NCBI RefSeq assembly: GCF_020745735.1
Contig: NC_083417.1
Span: 72,726,001 to 72,790,000, forward strand
DNA from: Hemiscyllium ocellatum
Taxonomy: Eukaryota
Length of the DNA stretch: 64,000 nt
Direction of reading: 5' to 3'
The translations under genes were made by a program, and so were the position numbers. Within the stretch, counting starts at the first letter, position 1. Every line of letters begins with the position of its first letter. Positions 37,601 through 50,126 of the stretch are shown here, piece by piece. The notes below the pieces were generated by a model that was not told the origin of the DNA, made no database searches, and was given only the letters and a program-made list of their open reading frames with translations.

Positions 37601-38975
37601 GAATAGAGATAACCCCGGGAATTACAGGCCAGTTAGTCTCACTTCGGTGGTAGGCAAAGTAATGGAAAGGGTACTGAGGGATAGGATTTATGAGTATCTG
37701 GAAAAACTCTGCTTGATTAGGGACAGCCAGCACAGATTTGTGAGGGGTAGGTCATGCCTTACAAGTCTTATTGATTTCTTTGAGGAGGTGACCAAGCATG
37801 TGGATGAGGGTGGAGCTGTGGATGTAGTGCACATGGATTTTAGTAAGGTATTTGATAAGATTCCCCATGGTAGGCTTATGCGGAAAGTCAGGAGGCATGG
37901 GATAGTGGGAAATTTGGTCAGTTGGATAGAGAACTGGCTAAACGGTCGAAGACAGAGAGTGGTGGTAGACGGTAAATATTCAGTCTGGAGCCCAGTTACG
38001 AGTGGAGTTCCGCAGGGATCAGTTCTGGGTCATCTGCTGTTTGTAATTTTTATTAATGACTTGGAAGAGGGAGTCAAAGGGTGGGTCAGTAAATTTGCAG
38101 ATGATACGAAGATAGGTGGAGTTGTGGATAGTGAGGAGGGCTGTTGTCAGCTGCAAAGGGACTCAGATATGATGCAGAGCTGGGCTGAGGAGTGGCAGAC
38201 AGAATTCAACCCTGTCAAGTGTGAGGTTGTTCATTTTGGAAGGACAAATAAGAATGCGGAATATAGGGTTAACGGTAGGATTCTTAGTAAGGTGGAGGAG
38301 CAGAGGGATCTTGGGGTCTATGTTCATAGCTCTTTGAAAGTTGCCACTCAGGTGGATAGAGCTTGTAAGAAGGCCTATGGTGTATTAGCGTTCATGAGCA
38401 GAGGGATTGAATTCAAGAGTCGTGAGGTGATGTTGCAGCTCTACAGGACCTTGGTAAGGCCACATTTGGAGTGCTGTGTGCAGTTCTGGTCACCTCACTT
38501 TAGGAAAGATGTGCAAGCTTTGGAGAGGGTGCAGAGGAGATTTACCAGGCTGTTGCCTGGAATGGAGAATAGGTCGTACGAGGATAGGTTGAGAGTGCTA
38601 GGCCTTTTCTCATTGGAACGGCGAAGGATGAGGGGTGACTTGATAGAGGTTTATAAGATGATCAGGGGAATAGATAGAGTAGACAGTCAGAGACTTTTTC
38701 CCCAGGTACAACAGAGTGTTACAAGGGGGCATAAATTTAAGGTGAAGGGTGGAAGGTATGGGGGGATGTCAGGGGTAGGTTCTTTACCCAGAGAGTGGTG
38801 GGGGCATGGAATGTGCTGCCTGTGGGAGTGGCTGAGTCGGAATCATTGGTGACCTTTAAGCGGCAATTGGATAGGTACATGGATAGGTGCTTAAGCTAGG
38901 ACAAATGTTCGGCACAACATCATGGGCCGAAGGGCCTGTTCGGTGCTGTATTGTTGTATGTTCTATGTTCTATCT
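34700..38975 (+). mobile_element. Full-length CR1 LINE (ORF1 and ORF2), frameshifted
   Basis: GC-rich 5' UTR. ORF1 has a zinc finger (ECSSCRMF), coiled coil and SGNH esterase-like domain (VIGDSIVRG, VHIGTNDI, DGLHLN). ORF2 has APE and RT (37482-38852, FADD). (ctatgtt)n tail. Confidence 0.96.
36201..36457 (-). mobile_element. CR1 3' end inserted into the APE domain of the full-length CR1
   Basis: (agaacat)n tail in reverse orientation; acctt repeated on both flanks. Confidence 0.8.
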
Positions 38976-40003
38976 AACTGGTACATGAGATCTGTGTTTC
39001 AAGATGATAGACCAGTATCTGGATGGGTTAAGAAGCATCCACAGACTAGGAAGAAATGACAGCACTCATGGTGAGCAGGGATTATTCTGCTTATTGATTA
39101 AGCTATTGCATGCCGCCTGGAATCTTCACCAGCTCTTCACTCAACTGCAGTTGCATGTGGAAGATCTGTTGTCTTACTGTTGACTCTATAGACAAGAAAC
39201 AGACAGCTTGTGGAACAACATCAACCCAACCTCCCATTGAGCTTTGGTGACCACAGTAGCCACAGGTTCAATGGGTTGCTTATGATATGGTAACCTCAGC
39301 AGGCTTTGATTCAAAACCTAACTGTAAGTAGATACCCACTGATATAATAGAATATTTTCTCGTGCAGAGCTGGTGATGATGATCTGACCCTCTGCAGTCC
39401 CCTCTTCCTCCTTAAATAGAGATAATTGTACTTTACAAATAGTAGCATGAATCAAAGCACCTCATATTTTCAGGCACATGCTTCAAAATTGGCTGAGAAG
39501 TTGATCCATTTATGTGCAGTTAATAACACAGAAACAATCCCTTATGGTTGTTGTGTCACCATAATCTTACCAGATCATAGGGAAGCTAGGGAAAAGAGGT
39601 TGAGAAGGAGAGTCATGTGTGGTAACCTCAAACCGATGATGGGAATTGAACCTACACTGTTGGTATTACATTATTTTGTCAACCAATGATCCAGCCAACT
39701 GAGCTAAACCTGGCTCCATTTTACCTGTGTGTGAGTACTCTTAGGGTCCATGAGGAACATATGCAGAATGTTATCAGTGGACAGTAGGGCAACTTTTTGC
39801 TGCATTTTTCATGTGACAATAAATTTGTATTTTGTTATATTTCCTTTTATCATGCTTGCAGGCATCTCCACTGTGAAATGGCTGTCTTAAATATTATTTA
39901 TCCCTCATCTAACGTACTGTACCTCTCTTAAAATGTGACACCCAGATCTCAATGCAGCTGACTTTGTTATACATGTTTAACTATATTCCCTTTATCTGTG
40001 TTA

Positions 40004-40739
40004 TGTTATTCAGGTGGATATCCTCAATAGGTATGGGTTACTACCGGATTAAACTACAGTACCTCGGGCTTATACCTGAGGCCGTTACCTGTCAAGTTTA
40101 CCAGTGGTCCCTATTGACTGTATGGTCCTGATAGCTACAAACTTGGCTGGGTTTATCGCAGGTCTCTAGGTCCCTTCAGTTTATCCTTTCACCTAGGAGT
40201 GAGAGGGATTCACTTTAAGTCAATCCTAATGCCTTCTCAGCTAAGTTCTAGACTTAACATACCAACACAAAGGTAAACATATCTTATCAAATAAAGGTTC
40301 GGCGAATACGAAGTGTGTGGTGTAAAATATAATCGAAATTTATCACTATAATAAGTTGAATACTCACAATCAGATGTTTTCAGTTAATCACAATCGTTAC
40401 AGCCTTTTTGAATGTTCTTAAAAGATACCTAGGATAAAAGCAGAGCTTAATACCTGAGTGTCCCAAATGGGATCTTCTTAGACTAGCGTGTTTCAGCTAG
40501 TTGGTTCAGATTGATCTTTTTCAGGCTAGAATGCAGTGCCTCAACCGAGAATCTTTTAGGCAGGCGTATTTCAGCAAGCTCTTAGCCGTCCGTATGTTTC
40601 ATCCGATCGGTCTGTATTTTGCACAAATGTGTCTTTTCTGCAAGCCTGGTGGTTCAGTGGATCTGCAGTTAATCCGAGATGGTTGGGTGACTCATTGTCT
40701 GTGTTTCAAGACAAGAGTGAGTCCATTCACAAAATAACA
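40004..40739. mobile_element. Probable solo LTR (736 bp)
   Basis: Terminal inverted repeat TGTTATT/AATAACA; 4-bp TSD GTTA/TTTA with one mismatch; ends ~120 bp before the C1 exon. Confidence 0.55.
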
Positions 40740-40860
40740 TTTAACTAAGATCCAATGAAGATGCCTTGATGTGGTTACTAAACACTGTTTATGAAGGTAA
40801 AATACTTAAAGATAATCAGCATTTTTTTTTCTAATCTTTTTTCTTTTTCTTTCAATTTAG

Positions 40861-41166
40861 CTGCTCCTGTACCCCTGAAGATTGTCTCCACGTCATTCCA
40901 CAAGGCTTCATCTACCTTTTTAAGACTCCAGTGTCAAACGGCTGAGTTTCATCCGAAGGAATTCAACCTTACCTGGTATAAAAATGGCAGCAGAATTCTG
41001 ACAGGAATTTCAACTGTACAACAGGAAACAACAGACAGACTGTATGAAGTGATCAGTTCCTTAGAAGAGGCACGGCCAATTGAACAAGGCACGGTTTACA
41101 CTTATCAATTCTATCATCTTTCTATCACTGGTCCAGCAAATTGCAGCTACATTGTCGACAATGTAG
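40861..41166 (+). CDS. Ig C1-set exon (gene C), open frame
   Basis: ttcaatttag| ... GTAG|gtaaaa, 306 nt, phase 1-1. APVPLKIV...LRLQCQTAEFHPKEFNLTWYKNG...LYEVISSLEE...GTVYTYQFYHLS. Second Cys is Tyr; sequons NLT, NGS, NCS. Confidence 0.9.
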
Positions 41167-42713
41167 GTAAAATTACAACATTAGATGCATGTATATGTTC
41201 ATCAGCAGTAGTTGAGCTGTTATTGCAGATATTTGTCACTTGTAAAATGTAAAGAGTACTCTGTATTTAATTCAATACCACTATGGAATCTTCAAATCTG
41301 CTAGTAATTCAGAATTTTATGCAAGCTCAACATAAATTTGAGTAGTGTGGCAGGATGCATTCATCTATCTAAATTCAGGCAACATATCCAGTACTATATT
41401 AAGCACAGGCATAATGTTGTACTCTACAGAATGATGAAAGCAGTGGAGGATCTCAAGGTGAAAGAGACTGTAAAATGACTTTAAGAATATATAAACATTG
41501 AAGCAGATTTGCAAAGAAAAAACTTGATGTTATTGTTTACAAAGTAATATCAGATGATATATTCTACTTGCAGTAATGAAATTTCTAAGTTTGTTACATA
41601 GAATTGCATTCAAATTAACTAGATAGAAAAGCTATTCAGTGTCCTGCTTCAGAGATGCTTAAAATCAGCTTAGCAGGAAAGTTTGGAGAAGCCCAGAAAA
41701 GGAGTGTGGATTCCTAAATTGGGGTAATGGTTTCACTGTGCTTAATTCTGGCATATATGCATTGCTGGCTGGACTGAATTTAGACATTATCTGAACATTT
41801 CGGCTGATTGATTTGTGCAATACGAAGTATGTTTTTGTTCGCTGGTATCAAAGATGTGATATTTCAGTTGTAGAGAATATACAGAGAAATAGAGCTGAGC
41901 TCCTGGTGCTAGGTAGGACAGATGTCAGAGGTAGTTTCTTTACTCCGAGAGTAGGATGGGCGTGGAATGTACTGCCTGAAACAGCAATACACTCGCCAAC
42001 TTTGAGGGTATTTAAATGCTCATTGGATATACACATGGATTAAAATAGAATAGTGTATTTTAGATGGGCTTCAGATTGTTGCACTGACCCGTGGAACCAT
42101 CGAGGACCGAAGGGCCTGTACTGCGCTGTAATGTTCTACAAGGCAACTCAATTAGCTGAGATTCCATTATATCATGGGAAATATATTAGTATTGATACAG
42201 GATCATCTAATAGGAAGATTTAAAAAATTGGAAGAAAGAGGGCACCTATACACTATATTTCACCTACAATTAATGGAGTGCTCAAACATCAATGCTAGGC
42301 CATAATATTTAAAATATAAATGAACTGGATGAGCACAATGAATGCACTGTCACTAAGTTAGCAGATGACACCAAAATAAGAGGGAAGGCAAGTAATGAGA
42401 GTGTCACGGGCTGCAGAGATATAGACAGGATATACAAGAGGGCAAAAACTTGGCAGCTGGATTATAAAGAAGGAAAACGTGAGATTTTGCACTTTTATCA
42501 GGAAGAAAAGAGGAATATTATTGAAATGGAGAAAGTTGCAGAAAACTGGAGTGCAAAAATTTGGGGTCCAAATGCATTAATCACCAAACCTAGCATCCAA
42601 ATTCAGCAGGAAGTCGGGAAGACAAATGGAATGTTGACCTTTATTTCAAAGGGAATGGCATACACAAATAGGAAAGGCAAAAGTGAGGACTGCAGATGCT
42701 GGAAACCAGAATT

Positions 42714-42864
42714 TAGATCAGAGTGATGCTAGAAAAGCACAGCAGATCAGGCAGAATCTGAGGAGCAGGAAAATCATCTGAGGGGTTTTTGCCCGAAATG
42801 TTGATTTTCCTGCTCCTCAGATTCTGCCTGATCTGCTGTCCTTTTCCAGCACCACTCTGATCTA
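42714..42864. repeat. 63-bp inverted repeat (Penelope-like foldback)
   Basis: Arms 42714-42776 and 42802-42864 with 3 mismatches; 25-nt spacer holding a broken hammerhead. Confidence 0.92.
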
Positions 42865-43279
42865 CACATATAGCCATTGGAGTGCATCATGTGGCTGAAT
42901 GGCCTACTTTTGCTCTTATGTTAAATGATGTTACAGCTATTTATTTATGACCCCTGACATGAAATTGGTAATACAGATAACCAAAATAATTAGGAGTCTT
43001 ACCAGGTGGAATCAAGAAGTATTACCAGGTCAGTTTCAGTGTGTAGTCCATCTAAATATATTGGTTGATCATATCCTATTTGTACTCCTCAAAGTCACTT
43101 AGACGGCAATTTCCAAACCCATGATCTGTACCACAAGGGTAGTTGATACATAGGAATACCAGCACCTGCAAGTTTCACACAACATCCTGTCCTGGAACTG
43201 TATCATCATTCCATTACTTCACCATTGTTGTGTCAAAATCCTGAAACCCTCTACCTCAGAATTGTACACCACATCGATC

Positions 43280-43990
43280 CTGGGGAATGTTGCTGAACAA
43301 AGACACCGTGGAGTGTAGATTCATTGTTCCTTGAAAATGGAGTCCCAGGTAGACAAGATAGTGAAGAAGGTATTTGTATACTTGCCTTTATTGGTTAGTG
43401 CATTGAGTATAGGAGGTGGAAGGTCACCTTGTGGCTGTACAGGACATTGGTTCGGCCACTTTGGAAAGTTGCATTTAATTGTAGTATTCTTGCTATTAGA
43501 AGGATGTTGTGAAACTTGAAAGGGATCAGAAAAGTTTTACAAGGATGTTGCCAAGGTTGGAGGGTTTGAACTCTTTGGAGAGGCTGAATGGGCTGGGGCA
43601 AATTTCCCTGGAGTTTCTGAGGCTAAGTAGTGACCTTACAGAATTTTATAAAACCATGAGGGGCATGGATAGGGTAAATAGCTGTGATCTTTTCCCCAGA
43701 GTGAGGAGTTCAAAACTTGAGGGCATAGGTTTAAGGTGAGAGGGGAAAGATTTAAAATGGATGTAAAGGGCATCGTTTTCATGCCATGGGTAATGCGTGT
43801 TGGAATGAGCTGCCAGCGCAGTGGTGAAGGCTTGTACAATTTTATACCATTTAAAAGGCTCCTGGATGCATGCATGAATAGGCTTTAAAGGGGTATGGGC
43901 CAAATGCTGACAAATTAAATTAGCTTATGTGGTCGGCATTAACAAGTTGGACCAAAGGGTCTGTTTCCATGCTATTCACAGCTCTATGAC
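43280..43990 (+). mobile_element. CR1 3' fragment
   Basis: KLERDQKSFTRMLPRLEGL and CR1 3' UTR. Confidence 0.87.
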
Positions 43991-44071
43991 ATCGACAGCA
44001 GTGAGTCAAAAATGGATGACATTATCATCTTCTTCAGGGCAATTAGAGATGGACAGTCCATTTTAACCAAG

Positions 44072-44194
44072 CTGAAAATGTGTTGCTGGAAAAGCACAGC
44101 AGGTCAGGCAGCATCCAAAGAGCAGAAGAATCGACGTTTCAGGCATGAACCCTTCTTCAGGCTCTGATCTCCAGCAGCTGCAGTCCTCACTTTC
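44072..44194 (-). mobile_element. Penelope-like insertion with 15-bp TSD and hammerhead core
   Basis: TSD tccattttaaccaag (44057-44071 and 44195-44209); minus-strand CTGAAGA-agggttcatgcct-GAAACGTC. Confidence 0.85.
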
Positions 44195-44424
44195 TCCATT
44201 TTAACCAAGGCAGAGTTACCCATGTCCCATGGTTTTGTCTTACTTCAATAAACTCACCCTCTTTCCAACTGTTGCTCAAACACCAAATTCAGGGAAGGCA
44301 ATGAATGCTGGCCTAATCAGTAGTGCATGCCCTGAATGAATCCAATGATATTAAATAGTTAATCGATTTATGACTGCTTGAAAAGAAGGTTTTTAAATGA
44401 TGTTCTTTTGGATTTTGTTTACAG

Positions 44425-44469
44425 CATGAGAAAACATAATGGAGAAACACAACGTTTACCAAAGTGCTG
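44425..44469 (+). CDS. Candidate stalk exon of gene C with in-frame TGA
   Basis: ttttgtttacag| ... GCTG|gtagtt, 45 nt, phase 1-1. (A)*ENIMEKHNVYQSA(D). Confidence 0.55.
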
Positions 44470-44676
44470 GTAGTTTCTTGACAAATAAATTCATTATTTT
44501 TGTCCTAATTCACTTTAACTGTAAAAGAGTCACTGGCCTACATAACTGTGAGCAACAGTGAGTGGATTTAGAGGCCAACAAGTTGAATACATGATGACTC
44601 TGGATTCTTGAGTAGTCAAACTGTTGTTAAAATGGTATGTTTTGAGCGAGTCATTGATTACTTTATACTTTTTCAG

Positions 44677-44785
44677 ATTATCATGCTGTTCCTGTCCACC
44701 TGATTGATCGATCCATATTGGGGATTATGATTATTATACTAGCAATGATCATATTTGACCATGTTACATCAGATACGCTCCATAG
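44677..44785 (+). CDS. Transmembrane exon of gene C
   Basis: ctttttcag| ... ATAG|gtatgc, 109 nt, phase 1 in and phase 2 out. (D)YHAVPVHLIDRSILGIMIIILAMIIFDHVTSDTLH. Confidence 0.75.
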
Positions 44786-45089
44786 GTATGCATTTTAACA
44801 GAGTTCCAATGTTCAACAGTACTTGTAGATTTATGGAATGAAAGTGTGAAACTTGTTAATTAGTTTTGGAAAACATCTTGCCTGTGGTATCAGTTCCCAG
44901 TAATTACACTGCAATTTAAATCTGTTCTCTTTTGGACTGAGTTCTTCAAATGAGGCATCGCTCATAAACAGTGGGTTACAGATATCTAACACTTTCATTC
45001 TTTCACTGAAATGTTGCATTTCATATCTTTCTTTTAACTGATTTGCCAGATTTATTTTGAATTGTTACTAGTGTATCTGCACTCTGTTT

Positions 45090-45560
45090 CCTTCACTGCA
45101 CTCTTTGGGTCCCTCATCTAAATCATTAATATATAATGTGAATAGCTGGAGTCAAAGCACTGATCCCTGCAACACTGCACTAGTCACTGCCTGCTACTCA
45201 GAGAAAGATCCATTTATTCCTACTCTTTTGTTTCTTGCCTGCCAGCCAGTTTTCTATCCATCTCAATATACTATCCCTAATCCTATGCTCTTGAAAATGA
45301 CGAACTAATCTCTTAAGTGGATGTTATGAAAGCCTTCGGAAAGTCCAAGTAAACCATGTCCACTGACTCTCCCTTATTAATTTTACTAGTTACACTCAGT
45401 AAGTTCCAGTAGATTGGTCAATCACAATTTCTCTTTTGTAAATCCATGCTGATTCTGTCCAATCCTGTCATTGTGTCCCAAGTGTTCTGTTTTAAATCTT
45501 TTATAATACACTCTAGCATTTCCCTACTACTGATGTCAGAATATTCATCGATAATTCCCT
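45090..45560 (-). mobile_element. Old CR1/L2 RT fragment
   Basis: Reverse complement of the RT core region (tcatctaaatcattaatata; ttccagtaga). Confidence 0.7.
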
Positions 45561-45752
45561 GTTAAATCTCTGTCTACTTTTCCTTTAATATAGTAGTGTG
45601 TTTAGATTACCTTCCCTCCATTTTTCTTCTGTGAATTAGCTTGTTGTCACTGTCACCATCTTGATTGAGGTTACTACAAAATTATGGTTAATGGTTTCTA
45701 ACATCGAAATTTTGGAAGAGTTCTCCTGATTCCTCCCTTTTCTTTTGAACAG

Positions 45753-45879
45753 GTATCAAAATGAAGAAACCAAGAGAAACAGTGTAACAATTGGAAAGTT
45801 AGAGCCATGCAGTGAATGCACTCCAGTGGGATATGACAGTGCAAGTTTTAAAATACATTTCCTTATGACGACTGTTTAA
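45753..45879 (+). CDS. Cytoplasmic exon of gene C (3' boundary uncertain)
   Basis: ttcttttgaacag|, phase 2 matches the TM exon. (R)YQNEETKRNSVTIGKLEPC... Either reads to TAA 45877-45879 or splices earlier, e.g. TGCA|gtgaat at 45811. Confidence 0.6.
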
Positions 45880-46068
45880 AAAATTTCTAGTAAGTTAAAC
45901 TTATAAAAATGATTTTTTTTTAATTGTAAATTATTGTGAGCTTTTTAACTGCTGAGTGATCCCAGAATTCAATAATCACTGCATTCTTTTGGTTTTGCAT
46001 GATCTCAACAAAAACCCACCTCAGTGGCTAATACCGAGTTTTTGATATTTGGTACTTCTTTCTCCTAG

Positions 46069-46100
46069 CCAGGACTGGAGAACAGGGAAACTGGCAATAG
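46069..46100 (+). CDS. Possible micro-exon of the gene C tail
   Basis: ttctttctcctag| ... ATAG|gtttta; QDWRTGKLAI, phase 1 out, compatible with the 52545 exon. Confidence 0.3.
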
Positions 46101-48014
46101 GTTTTAGGGGTGTTTCTATCTATAGATTTCATTCAGGCTGTATTATGCTCTGCTACATATTAGAAAACTCAGAAAGCTTTAGTTCCATTCATCAATGTCA
46201 TAAAAAGTCATTTATGGCGTAAAGTAAGGCCACTCTGCCCATCGAGTCCTTGTCCTTTCTTTGTAGCAGTCCAGTCAATCCCACTTCTACTCAATCCCCA
46301 TAGCCAAGTGGATTGATGTCCCTTAATTACTCATTTCCTTTTGAATTCATTAATTATTTTTGGTTCCGCTGAGCTTGTGTGTATCAAATTGCAGGTCACA
46401 AGAAATAGCTGCATATAAACACACCTCCCAAATGTTGCCTCTGAAATCATGAGCAAAACCTTAAATCCATGTCACTTGCCCCTTGCTATCTAATGGGAAT
46501 TTGTGTTCCTTGTTCACCTTCTCCAAACTAGTCATGTGATCTTCTGGAATTTGATCAAATCTCCCCTCAATATTCTTTGCTCAAGAACAATTACCAGCTT
46601 GTTTACCCTAACCTTGCTACTGAAATCTACCATCGTGGTAGCATTTGGTAGATCTTTTCTGCATCCTGTCAAAGACTCTTTCAATGTTCCTATTGGGATG
46701 ACCAGAATCGTACACAATGTTCTATTTGGGACCTCATCAGGACTTTAAAAATGTTCAACATTCCTTCTTGGTTTTGGTACTCCAAGCTTATCTCATTTCC
46801 CAGCATCAGATTCAGCAACACCTGTTCTCTAATTGGGTCAATAACAATCTAGTCAATGAAGGCTTCCTGAGTATATTTCAGAAAATGCTTCTCCTTCTTA
46901 TTCTTGATTCATATCTTATCCCAATCAATATGTCGGAAACTAAAGTCCTAATAATACTACTATGCAATATTGCTTTTGTTTACATGCAGCTTAGCATCTC
47001 TTCTACTTTCATTCCCTTATTCAAAATTTGATAAAATAACCAATAACATAACCATGTTTTTTTGCTTCTCAACTTAGACTAAGGAAAGCATCTATCTAAG
47101 TTTATCACTTAGATCCAACAATGTAACTTTTTTTGCAAAATCAGTATTGCCAACCTGTCTCATTCTTATTGTGTTCACTGTCCAGTCTTAATGATTCATA
47201 TTTATAAACATCCATTCCTCACCACTTGAGCTTTGCATCTATCAATAGAGTATTAGAGTCCACAATGCATACAGCATTTAAGAATTGATCAGCCACACTT
47301 TGGTTGTACTATGGAAGCAGATTTCTTTTAAGGTCATAATTGGCTTATTTGTCACTTGTTCATTGGGAATATGTTAAATATATAACTAACAAATCCTATT
47401 TCTAATAGCTCAGTGATTCAGTGCTGATGAGGGCAAGGCACCAAGGATATAATGACAGCTAAAGGGACAAGGCAATTCCCCGAAGGAATGAAAAGGAAGC
47501 ACAGATTGCAGAGTTGTTGATCAAGTTAGAATCTGGAGACGACCATGATGGGATGGACCTTCACATGATGCACTCCAATGGCTGTAGGAAAACTCTGTCC
47601 TACATTCAGAAGCAGTAAACCTCTTATGGAAATTTTGCAAAAAGTGAAGATTACACAAGATTCCTGAGAAGGATTTCTGTCGGCAAAAGTTGAATTCCAA
47701 TAAAGTGACTGCGAATCACATGGCTGCAGTTGATGCATTGAACTATCTCAACAATCATGTGTAAACAATTATCTGGTGCATCGTTAATTAAGTAACTGAT
47801 AGAATATATAAAATATTGTAAAATAAAGTTGTAGAGTGGGGTGACTTATAAAACTTCACTATATTTTTTCATGTAAAAGAACATGTAACAATAAATTTCT
47901 TTTATTTTATTCAAAATCCAAATGGAAAGGAATGACTAGAAGGGGGTTAAACAATTTTTCCATGTGTCAAAAATGAAAATAAAATCCAAATTAATGCATT
48001 ATGTTTCTCGGCAT

Positions 48015-49235
48015 AAGACCATAAGACATAGGAGTGGAAGTAAGGACATTCGGCCCATCGAGTCCACTCAGCCATTTAATCATGGCTGATGGGCATTTCA
48101 ACTCCACTTACCCGCATTCTCCCCGTAGCCCTTAATTCCTTGTGACATCAAGAATTTATCAATCTCTGACTTGAAGACATTTAGCGTCCCAGCCTCCACT
48201 GCACTCTGCGGAAATGAATTCCACAGGCCCACCACTCTCTGGCTGAAGAAATGTCTCCGCATTTCTGTTCTGAATTTACCCCCTCTAATTTTAAGGCTGT
48301 GTCCACGGGTCCTCGTCTCCTCGCCTAACGGAAACTATTTCCTAGCGTCCACCCTTTCCAAACCATGTATTATCTTGTAAGTTTCTATTAGATCTCCCAT
48401 TAATCTTCTCAACTCCAATGAATAAATTCCAGGATCCTCAGCCGTTAGACCTACCATTCCAGGGATCATCTGTGTGAATCTCCGCTGGACATGCTCCAGT
48501 GTATGTCCTTCCTGAGGTGTGGGGACCAAAACTGGACACAGTACTCCAAATGGGGCCTAACCAGAGCTTTATAAAGTTGCAGTAGCACAACGGTGCTTTT
48601 ATATTCCAACCCTCTTGAGATAAATGACAACATTGCATTTGCTTTCTTAATCATGGACTCAACCTGCATGTTTACCTTTAGAGAATCCTCGACTAGCACT
48701 CCCAGATCCCTTTGTAATTTGGCTTTATGAATTTTCTCACCGTTTAGAAAGTAGTCCATGCTTGTATTTTTTCCAAAGTGCAAGATCTCGCATTTGCTCA
48801 CATTGAGTTCCATCAGCCATTTCCTGGACCACTCTCCCAAACTGTCTAGATCCTTCTGCAGCCTACCCACTTCCTCAGTACTACCTGCCTATCCACCTAA
48901 CTTCATATCATTGGCAAACTTCGCTAGAATGCCCCCAGTTCCTTCATCCACATCATTAATATATAATATGAACAGCTGCGGCCCCAACACTGAACCTCGC
49001 GGGACACTGCTTGTCACCGGTTGCCATTCCGAAAAAGAACCTTTTATCCCAACTCTCTGCCTTCTGTCAGACAGCCAATCCTCAATCCATACCAGTTGCT
49101 CACTTCGAACCACATGGGCCCTCACCTTGTTCAGCAGCCTCCCGTGTGGCACCTTATCAAAGACCTTTTGGAAGTCGAGATAGACCACATCCACTGGATT
49201 TCCCTGGTCCAACCTACTTGTCACCTCTTCAAAGA
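48015..49235 (-). mobile_element. CR1 LINE 3' half, distinct subfamily
   Basis: ORFs 48889-49224 (DFQKVFDKVPH, FAND) and 48466-48870; (cataagac)n tail. Confidence 0.92.
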
Positions 49236-50126
49236 ATTAAGAGGCATAGTGTGAACACAGTATTAAATAAGATTTGCATTTTGTTTCACAATACAGAGAA
49301 GGGTGATCTATGCTTTGGAACCATTGGTCTTCTGTATGAAGGTAGAAATATAATGGGAGAGTATATTTAAGTAAAGTTAGAGCACTGTTGAATGCAACAT
49401 TGGGCAAGGTAATACATATCAGGAGTGGACAAGTTATACAATTGTAAATTCTGTGTGGGGCAAGAACTGTAATGAGTAATAAATCAGAAAATGCTGGAAA
49501 AACTCAGCAGATCTGGAACCATCTGTGGAAAGAGAAGCAGAATGCAACATGACTTCAGATTTTGCTGTTGCAATGGTCACTCAGCAAACCAACATAAAGC
49601 ATTCTGCTTAAATTAAAACTGGATCTGGGTGTCAGAATCCTAATTAATCATTTAATAAATTGTGAAATATTGATATATGTAGATAATTGGGAGGAGTGCA
49701 TGATGAACTATATCGATTAGTGTGAAGAAGTGAAGGAATGTTATAGAACCGCTATACATAGTCAGTCTGGTGTCTTGAGCTTGAAATGACATTTTCTCTT
49801 TAGAAAAAAAAACAGAACTGCATATTTTTGATTAATCAATCAGACATCCTAAATAAAAATCATTTGTTTCATTTATCAATTTCATGGGTGCCATGCTCTG
49901 TACATTTAAGAACAACAAGGTCCCCCTTTCTCAAATTTTAATGTTTCATAGGGAATGTTATGTAAAATTGATCGATTTGGTTAGGGATGAGAATGTCAAG
50001 TTCTTATTTCATGGAGCATTTTTAAAAGAATGATTACTGGTTTCTATTGTATGAATGCAGAGTGGTTATATCTGTCAGTACAGGAATTCAATGTTTTTTT
50101 TAAAAAAAGGATCTAGACAATCCCCA

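Noticed and set aside
537-38852. Long ORFs as possible host genes
   Set aside because: All carry CR1 APE/RT/esterase, Gypsy or ERV motifs.
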